NCBI GenBank assembly: GCA_017441065.1 | Contig: JAFSAI010000010.1 | Location: 5,378-69,377, forward strand | Direction: 5' to 3' | Length of the DNA stretch: 64,000 bases | Origin: Bacilli bacterium | GTDB lineage: Bacteria; Bacillota_I; Bacilli_A; RF39; UBA660 | Part shown: piece after piece, positions 19,329-27,079 of the stretch | How positions within the stretch are numbered: position 1 is the first letter of the stretch | Layout: every line of letters begins with the position of its first letter | Position numbers and translations under genes: made by a program | The notes under the pieces: generated by a model | What the model was told of the DNA's origin: nothing | What the model saw: the letters and a program-made list of their open reading frames with translations, nothing else | Database searches by the model: none

Positions 19329-20776
19329 TGGGTAAATATTTAGCTAAAATTGGGTTAGAAATGCACTGTGAAGTTTCAGAAACTAATACTAAAGTATTTA
19401 GTGCTGCTGAAAACTCATATAAAGATACTCCTAACTGTAATGTAAGTGCTGTAGATATGGCTTTCCCAGGAACACTTCCTGTAGTAAATAAAGAAGCTGT
19501 AAGACTTGCGTTAATGGCTAGTATGATACTTAAATGTAGCCAACCAGAATATTTCTTCTTTGAAAGAAAAAATTATTACTATCCAGATTTACCAAAAGGA
19601 TTTCAAACTACACAAGAAACTAAACCTATTCCATCAGGAATCTATGGTGAAGTTGAATTTGAATGTAATGGTGAATTAAAAAAAGTAAGAGTTAATAATT
19701 TACACTTAGAAGAAGATGCTGCATCTTTAGACCATTATTATTCTACAAGTAATATTGATTATAATAGAGCTGGTGTTCCATTATTAGAACTTGTAACAGA
19801 ACCAGATATTCATAGTGCTGATGAAGCTGTTGCTTTCTTAGAACATATGAGAAGTGTATATCAATATGCTGGTATATCAGAAGCTGATAGTAAAAAAGGA
19901 CAAATTAGATGTGATGTAAACATTTCTTTAATGGATGCATCTTTAGATGAAAGTGATCCAAATAATTGGGGAACTAGAGCAGAAATTAAAAATGTTAACT
20001 CTTTTGGTGGCGTTAGAGATGCCATTAATTATGAAATTGTTCGTCAATCAGAAATACTAGATAATGGTGGCGCTGTTGAACAAGAAACTAGAAGATGGGA
20101 TGAAGAATCAGGTACTACTATTTATATGAGAAGTAAAGTTGATGCTATTGATTATAAGTATTTTGTAGAACCAAACATTCCTAAATTTAAAATTAGTCAA
20201 GAATGGCTAGATGAAATTAGAGCATCTATTCCTGAACTTGCTATGGACAGAAAGAAAAAATATATTGAACAATATGGATTATCAGAATATGATGCAGGAG
20301 TTATTGTAAAAGAAAAATGCGTTTCAGATTATTTTGAAGAATGTTTAAAATTAAATATGAATGCGAAAACTGCTGCTAACTGGTTAACAGTACAAATTAT
20401 TGCTTATATTAATAAATATGAAATAGAACTTAAAGATTTCTATTTAACTCCAGTATTATTAAACCAAATAATTACTGAACTTGATAAAGGTACAATTTCT
20501 TCAAAACAAGCTAAAGAAATATTCTTTAAATCATTAGAAGAAAACAAAGAACCTAAAACATTCATTACTAAAGATAATGCTCAAATTTCAGACGAAGGAG
20601 TATTAAATGATATTATTAGTAATATTTTAGCTAATAATGAAAATCAAGTTAATGAATATAAGAGTGGTAAAACTAATTTATTTGATTACTTTGTTGGTCA
20701 AGTTATGAAAGAAACTAGAGGAAAAGCTAATCCAAATATTGTTAAAGAAATATTAAAAGGGAAGTTAGATAATTAA
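19328..20776 (+). CDS. gatB: Glu/Asp-tRNA amidotransferase subunit B
   Basis: IGLEMHCE, NLHLEEDA, DYNRAGVPLLE and a C-terminal YqeY-like tail. Confidence 0.95.
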   Translation: MGKYLAKIGLEMHCEVSETNTKVFSAAENSYKDTPNCNVSAVDMAFPGTLPVVNKEAVRLALMASMILKCSQPEYFFFERKNYYYPDLPKGFQTTQETKPIPSGIYGEVEFECNGELKKVRVNNLHLEEDAASLDHYYSTSNIDYNRAGVPLLELVTEPDIHSADEAVAFLEHMRSVYQYAGISEADSKKGQIRCDVNISLMDASLDESDPNNWGTRAEIKNVNSFGGVRDAINYEIVRQSEILDNGGAVEQETRRWDEESGTTIYMRSKVDAIDYKYFVEPNIPKFKISQEWLDEIRASIPELAMDRKKKYIEQYGLSEYDAGVIVKEKCVSDYFEECLKLNMNAKTAANWLTVQIIAYINKYEIELKDFYLTPVLLNQIITELDKGTISSKQAKEIFFKSLEENKEPKTFITKDNAQISDEGVLNDIISNILANNENQVNEYKSGKTNLFDYFVGQVMKETRGKANPNIVKEILKGKLDN

Positions 20777-20861
20777 AGAGACTAAGAAATTTAGTCTTTT
20801 TTTAATTTTTATATTTTTTCTAAATTTTGCAAAACAAAATGTTTTATAGTAAATATTTGCG

Positions 20862-20990
20862 TAAGGAGAGGTGGAAAATTTTGCTGCGTCCACACGCCTG
20901 TATGGTCGAAAAGAGATGGAGTAGAAGGCGGCGGCTCCCCCCTCACAAAAAATAATGACTAATCAATTTGATTAGTTTTTTTCTTTTTTA
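20862..20990 (+). ncRNA. Unassigned GC-rich small RNA candidate with its own promoter and terminator
   Basis: The upstream promoter is TTGCAA, a 17-nt spacer, then TAAATA (20829-20857). The body is GC-rich (ggcggcggctcccccctcac) in an AT-rich background. The terminator is actaatcaatttgattagt plus a T-run (20959-20982). Confidence 0.35.
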
Positions 20991-20996
20991 TATAAT
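20968..20996 (+). promoter_or_regulatory. Sigma-A-type promoter driving the noncoding template-like repeat
   Basis: TTGATT (20968-20973), a 17-nt spacer, then TATAAT (20991-20996). No ORF follows. Confidence 0.5.
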
Positions 20997-21023
20997 GTAT
21001 ATAGGTAATCTTATGATAAAGAG

Positions 21024-21132
21024 TCGCGTTACGGTTATAATTCCAGCAATAGTCGTTACAATGCGTGGAATGTGAATTCGAGCGGTAACTTGAATAACAA
21101 TAATTTGAATAATGCTAATTCGGTTCGCCCAG
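21024..21132 (+). repeat. DGR-like template repeat (TR) candidate, noncoding and Asn-codon rich
   Basis: 109 nt with no start codon and a stop upstream in frame. By hand count, 14 of 36 codons are AAT/AAC. It has the same length as 22667-22775 and shares its ends (tcgcgttacggt at the 5' end, tcggttcgcccag at the 3' end). Confidence 0.45.
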
Positions 21133-21271
21133 CCCACTATAACTTGAATGATAATATGGTTAAGACTATATTTTTGGGAAGATAGAGGACAAAGATTATC
21201 TAGGACTTTTTTCCAAACAAAAAACGGAGATGGTTTATTTTACGAAATAACCTATTACTCCGTTATTTTTT

Positions 21272-21466
21272 TTATAGAGATTTAATATATTGTGCAACAT
21301 CTTCGTCACTAATATCTAATATAATTATTAATTTTTTTAATGTTTGTAGAGATGGCAAACTTTTTTCTTTTTCAATTCTTTGCATTTGTCGCCATGTAAT
21401 TTCTATTTTATCCGCAAGTTCTTCTTGAGTTAAACCTCGCTTAATTCTGTACTCTTTAAATAACAT
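21272..21466 (-). CDS. XRE-family HTH regulator, divergent from family member B
   Basis: A 64-aa Cro/CI-type HTH (RIKRGLTQEELADKIEITWRQMQRIEKEK). It is a paralog of 30630-30821. Confidence 0.8.
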   Translation of the reverse strand: MLFKEYRIKRGLTQEELADKIEITWRQMQRIEKEKSLPSLQTLKKLIIILDISDEDVAQYIKSL

Positions 21467-21486
21467 AATTCCACCTCAGTAATTAT

Positions 21487-21578
21487 TATGTCAAAATAAG
21501 CAAAATATTATTATGGTATGAAATGTCATATTTGTTATTGACTTTTATAATTATCAAGCTTTATAATGAATATGACAT
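21487..21578. promoter_or_regulatory. Divergent control region: ATGTCA/TGACAT half-sites bracketing a TTGACT-18-TATAAT promoter
   Basis: Half-sites at 21487-21493, 21523-21530 and 21571-21578. The -35 is at 21538-21543 and the -10 at 21562-21567. Confidence 0.4.
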
Positions 21579-21643
21579 AAGATATCATAAAGATATCAGT
21601 CTAAACGAAGTAATAGTAGTTTAATGAAGGGTTTAAGTTAAAA

Positions 21644-22849
21644 ATGAATGGGTTAAGTAAAGTAAGTGTTAGGATTACTATAAGCTTACTAATTATAATA
21701 GAACTTTGTTCTTTATTTTTAGTATATAAGTCTTTTAGTAATAGAAAAATTAATGAAATTAAGGATATTAATACTGTAAATTCTAATAAATTTGCAATGT
21801 ATATAGAACAAGATGATGGTAGTTATAGTGAATATACTGAAGGTAATTTATTTACAATAGATGGCTACATTTTTAATTTAGAAAAATCTAATTGTGTAGA
21901 TAACAAAGGTAATATTGTAAATGATGCATTAACAAATAATGGCAACAAAATTACTATATCAAGTAACAAAACTAGTTATTGCTATTTGTATTTTAGTTTA
22001 CCACCAAATTTATATGATGTGTGTGGAAGTTATGATAAAATGAGTTCTTGTGTAGCAAATGAAAATATTTCTCAGATTGAAGGGGTTAATTCAATAGAAG
22101 CAGGAATGTATAGATATCAAGGAACAGATGCAATGAACTATGTTTGTTTCGGAACAACAGTAAAAAGCGAATGTGTAGGAAATACAGATGCATATATGTA
22201 TAGAATAATAGGAATAAGACCAAATGGCCAAATGAAACTGATAAAAAAAGAAGCACTAAATACTGGAGTAAAATGGTGGGATAATTACACAGATAATATA
22301 GAATGGCCAAGCAGTAATATATATACAACATTAAACGGAAATGATTACTTGTTAAACGAAACATATGTGCTAACAGGATGGGAAAGTAAAATAGCAACAA
22401 CAAGTTGGTATTATGGAGATACAACAACTAATGGTAATTATGACGGAGCAACAATGTATCCGATAGAAAACCCATTCGGAGAATCCACAGCATCAAATAG
22501 ATTCACAAAGACAGTAAGCGCAAAGATAGGATTAATGTATATACATGATTTTTACTATGCATATGCAAGTGGAGGAGCACCAGGAAGTTCTAGTAATGCC
22601 GTAACAGCATGGATCCATTTAAGTAAAAATGATACAAGTGCACCAATTGGTACTGAATGGCCAATGTCGCGTTACGGTCTTAATGGTAGTAATGGTTATT
22701 ACTATGCGTGGCGTGTGTATTCGAACGGTTATGTCACTAGTACTATTTTGAACTATGCTTATTCGGTTCGCCCAGTCTTCTATCTGACATCCGATGTAGA
22801 GATAACAGGTGGAACAGGAATATTAACCGATCCATTTTTAATAAATTAA
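21644..22849 (+). CDS. Mosaic surface-protein family member B (signal anchor, head, C-module type I carrying a VR-like segment)
   Basis: 401 aa. Its C-terminal roughly 250 aa closely match member A, ending SVRPVFYLTSDVEITGGTGILTDPFLIN. Confidence 0.8.
   Translation: MNGLSKVSVRITISLLIIIELCSLFLVYKSFSNRKINEIKDINTVNSNKFAMYIEQDDGSYSEYTEGNLFTIDGYIFNLEKSNCVDNKGNIVNDALTNNGNKITISSNKTSYCYLYFSLPPNLYDVCGSYDKMSSCVANENISQIEGVNSIEAGMYRYQGTDAMNYVCFGTTVKSECVGNTDAYMYRIIGIRPNGQMKLIKKEALNTGVKWWDNYTDNIEWPSSNIYTTLNGNDYLLNETYVLTGWESKIATTSWYYGDTTTNGNYDGATMYPIENPFGESTASNRFTKTVSAKIGLMYIHDFYYAYASGGAPGSSSNAVTAWIHLSKNDTSAPIGTEWPMSRYGLNGSNGYYYAWRVYSNGYVTSTILNYAYSVRPVFYLTSDVEITGGTGILTDPFLIN
22667..22775 (+). repeat. VR-like segment 2 (same length as the template-like repeat)
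   Basis: Its ends are identical to 21024-21132. Internal codons differ mainly where the template has AAY (for example aat to cgt, tat, act or att). The scaffold codons lack adenine. Confidence 0.5.
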
Positions 22850-22947
22850 TAATCGTCAACGAAGACGTTAAAATAGATTAAAATTTAATAAGGTATTTAT
22901 ATTACCTTAACCCTTTGAAAGCATGGTAACGCGTGCTTTCTTTTTTT
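22850..22947 (+). terminator. Conserved post-stop element plus terminator (member B)
   Basis: aatcgtcaacgaagacgttaaaatag (22851-22876), then the hairpin gaaagcatggtaacgcgtgctttc and a T-run. Confidence 0.6.
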
Positions 22948-23016
22948 GTTTAATAATAGACATCATTCGACAAATAATACATTTGCTTTATGATATAGTA
23001 TTTTTAAGGTGATAAT

Positions 23017-23454
23017 ATGAAAAAAAAGATATTGTTTGCAATATTTTCTGTAGTAGCAGGAATAGCGTTTACTTTTTTCTTTTTAAATAAAGAAGATACA
23101 TTTGCTAAAGAAGAATATTTAATTTATGTATTCCAAGTTGGAGCATTTGAAAAATACGATAATGCTGTTAACTTTTCTAATTCATTGCCGTCATCAATAA
23201 TAAAAAAAGAAGGTAATTTATATAAAATATATGTTGCTATGTATAAAGATATAGATATTGTTAATAAAATGATTGTTTATTTTGAAAATAATGACATAAA
23301 TATTTATTTAAAGAATTTAAATGTATCTAAAAATTTTTATAATGATTTGTTAAATTATGAAACTCTTATTAAAAGTTCTGAAGATATACATGTATATAAT
23401 AAAGTTAATCAAAGTATATTAAACTTATATTTAGAAAGCTTAGAAAATGAATAG
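23017..23454 (+). CDS. Membrane-anchored SPOR-like domain protein
   Basis: N-terminal TM segment and a SPOR-like pattern (YVFQVGAFEKYDNAVNF..LYKIYVAMYKD). It lies upstream of mreC. Confidence 0.45.
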   Translation: MKKKILFAIFSVVAGIAFTFFFLNKEDTFAKEEYLIYVFQVGAFEKYDNAVNFSNSLPSSIIKKEGNLYKIYVAMYKDIDIVNKMIVYFENNDINIYLKNLNVSKNFYNDLLNYETLIKSSEDIHVYNKVNQSILNLYLESLENE

Positions 23455-24088
23455 GCTTATTAAAGAAAGTTATCTTTTTCTTGTTTTATTTATTTTAATA
23501 ATTGTAAAAGAACCAATATATAGATTATTTACTATAAAAGATAACATTTACAATACTACTAGATGTGAATTTTTAGAAAGTGATTATAATAAACTTTTAG
23601 AATTTAGTGAAGTTAATGTTGCGTATGAAAGTGACTATATTAACTCAGCAGTTATATATAAAGATATTTATAACTATATGAATGAAATTACTATAAGAGG
23701 AGGAAAAGACTATAAATTAGATAATAATCCAGTAATATATGATAATACTTTAGTTGGTGTTATTGATAAAGTAGATTCTAATACAAGTATTGTTAAATTA
23801 ATTACTAATAATAGTAGTAAAATATCAGTTAAAATAAATGATGAAATTGGAATTTTAGAATATAAAAAAGATAAACTTATTGTTAGTAATATTAGTAATT
23901 TTGGGAATATAAATGTTGGCGATATAGTTTATACATCAGGACTAGGTAATATTCATGAAAATATTTATATAGGAGAAGTAAAAAATATTGAGCTTGGTAA
24001 TAAGAATATTGAACAAATAATTACTGTTAATTATAAATTAAATATTAAAGATATAGATTATGTTACAATACTTAAGGAGTCTTTATGA
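23447..24088 (+). CDS. mreC: Rod shape-determining protein MreC
   Basis: N-terminal anchor, C-terminal GDIVYTSGLGNIHENIYIGEV motif, and mreD follows it. Confidence 0.75.
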   Translation: MNRLIKESYLFLVLFILIIVKEPIYRLFTIKDNIYNTTRCEFLESDYNKLLEFSEVNVAYESDYINSAVIYKDIYNYMNEITIRGGKDYKLDNNPVIYDNTLVGVIDKVDSNTSIVKLITNNSSKISVKINDEIGILEYKKDKLIVSNISNFGNINVGDIVYTSGLGNIHENIYIGEVKNIELGNKNIEQIITVNYKLNIKDIDYVTILKESL

Positions 24089-24480
24089 TATATTTATTAT
24101 TTTTATTAGATATTCTTATTAATAATTATACAAGTTATACTTCTTATTTTTTTGTTATCTATTTATATAACAAATCATATAAATATTATTTATTAACTGG
24201 TTTAATATTAGATTTAGTTATTTTTAAATCTTTATTTACAAATACTTTAATACTATCTTTAATTTATCTTTTTAATAAAGTATTTAAAGAATTAAATAAA
24301 ACAAATATTTTTAACTATATTTTTATTAATATATTTAATTATATAGTTTTTATTTTTTTAACTAACATAATGTTTTTGAATAATTTAGACACTATATTAA
24401 TATTATTAGGCAATAATTTATTAATAAATACTATTTTTTATATACTTAGCTATAGAATATATGAAAACTTGAAAAATTAG
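24085..24480 (+). CDS. mreD: Rod shape-determining protein MreD-like
   Basis: A small polytopic membrane protein whose start overlaps the mreC stop. Confidence 0.55.
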   Translation: MIYLLFLLDILINNYTSYTSYFFVIYLYNKSYKYYLLTGLILDLVIFKSLFTNTLILSLIYLFNKVFKELNKTNIFNYIFINIFNYIVFIFLTNIMFLNNLDTILILLGNNLLINTIFYILSYRIYENLKN

Positions 24481-24522
24481 CTGTATTATGCTAGAATAAT
24501 ACCCAATTCAAGGGGTTATATT

Positions 24523-25479
24523 ATGGAAAAGTGTATTGAAGGTGCTAAACGATTAATTGAGCATCAAATAAAAAATAAACAAATTTGTAATGTTGGAGAA
24601 TCTTTTGCAGAATATCAAAAGGTTTATGCATGGACAAATGAATATATTAAAGGGTATCTTGATTTAGTTAGTTTTGCTGATAAAGATAGTGCTCTTGCAG
24701 TTATGGCTAGTGGAGACCATGCTTTTAATTTAATTGAAAAAGGAATAAGGACTGTTGATACTTTTGATACTAATAGATTGACTGAGTTTTATGCCTTAGG
24801 CTTAAAAAGAGCGATGATTTTAAAATACGATTATAAAACTTTTTTAGAAGTTACTCAAAGATTATATTCTGATGATATTACAATAGATGAAATATCTGAA
24901 ATAGTGTTTGGTTTGCTTCCTTTTATGGATAGAAAACATGCAATTTATTGGAGAAATATAATTGATTTTAATATGCATATTCAAAGAGAAAATAATACTA
25001 GTTTAAATTTATTTAGAATGTTAAATTTTGCTAATAATTTTGAAAATATGGATTTATTAAATAATTATTTAGTTGATGAGGAACATTATGAAAGATTAAG
25101 AAATTGTTTGGGATCTGCAAATATTACTTTTAAATGTGCCAATGCAATGAATTTAGAAAGCGAATTTAATTCCCAATATGACTTCATTTTGCTTTCTAAT
25201 ATATTAGATTATTTTTCTATTCGTTGGAAATTTGATTGGGATTATGAAAAATTAAAGAAATATGAAGAATCACTTAAGAACATCTTAAAACCCGAAGGAA
25301 TAATATTTTTGAAATATATTATGCTTCATGGAATAACTGATAAAATGGTAAAAACAACAGTTATTGGTAATCACTTAGTAACATCAAAAGATTTAACTGA
25401 TGAAGAAATTGTTAATTTACCAGCATTACCTGGTAACAAAGCATTTAGTGGTATGGTTTTACTTAGAAAGAAGAAGTAA
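24523..25479 (+). CDS. DUF3419/BtaA-like SAM-methyltransferase-fold protein, paralog 1
   Basis: ASGDHAFNLIEKGI..VDTFDTN..LGLKRAMILKYDY..FILLSNILDY..PEGIIFLKY. It is one of three paralogs. Confidence 0.4.
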   Translation: MEKCIEGAKRLIEHQIKNKQICNVGESFAEYQKVYAWTNEYIKGYLDLVSFADKDSALAVMASGDHAFNLIEKGIRTVDTFDTNRLTEFYALGLKRAMILKYDYKTFLEVTQRLYSDDITIDEISEIVFGLLPFMDRKHAIYWRNIIDFNMHIQRENNTSLNLFRMLNFANNFENMDLLNNYLVDEEHYERLRNCLGSANITFKCANAMNLESEFNSQYDFILLSNILDYFSIRWKFDWDYEKLKKYEESLKNILKPEGIIFLKYIMLHGITDKMVKTTVIGNHLVTSKDLTDEEIVNLPALPGNKAFSGMVLLRKKK

Positions 25480-25482
25480 TAT

Positions 25483-26430
25483 ATGGAAAAATGCATTGAG
25501 GGTGCAAAAAGATTAATAAATAAACAAGTCCATGATAATAGAGTATCTCTTTTTGGTATTTCTTTTTCAGAATATCACAAATCATATTATTGGACTAATG
25601 AGAATATAAAAGGATATTTAGACAAGGTTGATTTTGAAGGTAAAGATAATGCTTTGTCGGTATTAGCAAGTGGGGATCATATTTTTAATTTAGTTGAAAA
25701 AGGAATTACTAATATAGATACTTTTGATACAAATAAGTTAACTGAATATTATGCTTTAGGTTTTAAAAATGCAATGATATTAAAATATAGTTATGAAGAA
25801 TTTATTCAATACATGCAAATAATTAGTAGTGATAATATTTCTTTAGAATATTTAACAGAGTTATTGTTATCTTTATTGCCTTATATGGACAAAAAATATA
25901 GAGTTTTTTGGCGTGAAATTATTGAATATAATTATAAAATTCAAAAAGAAATGGGAACGAATTTAAATCTATTTCAAATGCTATGTATTAATTTAGGTGT
26001 TATAGATGCTAGAATTTGTTACAACAATTATTTATCTAGTAAAGAAAATTATGAAGAATTTAAGAATAGATTAATGTTAGCAAACATTACCTTTAAAGAA
26101 GCTAATGCATATAGATTAGAAGCGGAATTTGATTCTACTTATGACTTTGTTCTGCTTTCAAATATATTAGACTATTTTGATAAATACTTTGGCAAAGGTT
26201 GGAGTTATGATTGTTTAAAACTATATGAAAAAAGAATAAGTTCATTAGTTAAACCAGAAGGTATTATATTTTTACATTATATATTTGATTATAATTCTTT
26301 TGATAGGAATGCTAATTTAATTACCGATTCAAGCATTTCTCAACGTACTTTAAAAGGAGGAGAAGTTGTTTTATTGCCTAGCGATTATGATGCTTTAGAT
26401 GTAGGAATGATTTTAAAAAGAGTTAAATAA
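25483..26430 (+). CDS. DUF3419/BtaA-like SAM-methyltransferase-fold protein, paralog 2
   Basis: Tandem paralog of 24523-25479 with the same MEKCIEGAKRLI start and the same motifs. Confidence 0.4.
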   Translation: MEKCIEGAKRLINKQVHDNRVSLFGISFSEYHKSYYWTNENIKGYLDKVDFEGKDNALSVLASGDHIFNLVEKGITNIDTFDTNKLTEYYALGFKNAMILKYSYEEFIQYMQIISSDNISLEYLTELLLSLLPYMDKKYRVFWREIIEYNYKIQKEMGTNLNLFQMLCINLGVIDARICYNNYLSSKENYEEFKNRLMLANITFKEANAYRLEAEFDSTYDFVLLSNILDYFDKYFGKGWSYDCLKLYEKRISSLVKPEGIIFLHYIFDYNSFDRNANLITDSSISQRTLKGGEVVLLPSDYDALDVGMILKRVK

Positions 26431-26470
26431 TTTGTTATAATCGCATATATTTTAATGGTGAATAATAATT

Positions 26471-27079
26471 ATGGATGAATATACTAGAATCAGTCACAAA
26501 AGACCTAGTAGTAATATAGATAATAATTTAGATGATAAGAAAATAAAATATTTAAAGAATTTAATAACTAGAATATTATTAAGTGTTATTTTAGTAATAA
26601 GTATTTGTATTTTTATAAAATTGGATAGTAATAATAAAGTTCTAATAGAGGAATATATTTTTAAAGATTCTTTAGAATTTACAAAGATTAATAATTGGTA
26701 TCAAGATAATATTGGAAAGATAGTACCAGAATTAAATGAAAATAGTGCTTTAGTATTTAGCAGTGATGATTTAAAGAAAAATGCTTATACTTCGTATAAA
26801 GATGGCGTAAAAATAGAAGTAGATAAGAATAGTCCAATTTCTTTAATAAATGGTGGAATAGTAGTATTTATTGGCAATAAAGATGGTTATGATAATGTAT
26901 TAATTTTGCAGGGAAATGATGGTATAGATTATTGGTATGGGGGCATTACTAACGTTAATGTAAATCTATATGATTATTTAGAAAAGGATACTTTAATTGG
27001 TGAGTCTCAAGGAAATTATATATATTTAGTAATGGAAAAAGATGGTAAATATTTAAACTATGAAGAATATATTAAATAA
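26471..27079 (+). CDS. Degenerate LytM/M23-like membrane protein (SpoIVFA-like position)
   Basis: TM anchor and an M23-like C-terminal barrel without obvious His ligands (YIYLVME where HLHFE is expected). It lies upstream of the M50 protease, as spoIVFA does. Confidence 0.45.
   Translation: MDEYTRISHKRPSSNIDNNLDDKKIKYLKNLITRILLSVILVISICIFIKLDSNNKVLIEEYIFKDSLEFTKINNWYQDNIGKIVPELNENSALVFSSDDLKKNAYTSYKDGVKIEVDKNSPISLINGGIVVFIGNKDGYDNVLILQGNDGIDYWYGGITNVNVNLYDYLEKDTLIGESQGNYIYLVMEKDGKYLNYEEYIK

Noticed and set aside
20881-20955. A 24-codon Arg-rich ORF ((M)LRPHACMVEKRWSRRRRLPPHKK) preceded by aaggagaggtgg, inside the GC-rich RNA candidate.
   Set aside because: It would need a TTG start and uses codons that are very rare for this genome (cgg cgg ctc ccc cct). 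The composition is better explained by RNA structure. It is kept only as an alternative reading.
20780-21270. Calling a complete diversity-generating retroelement.
   Set aside because: No reverse transcriptase or Avd ORF exists in any frame of this interval or elsewhere in the window. About half of the TR/VR mismatches are at non-adenine positions. Only a DGR-like orphan template can be claimed.
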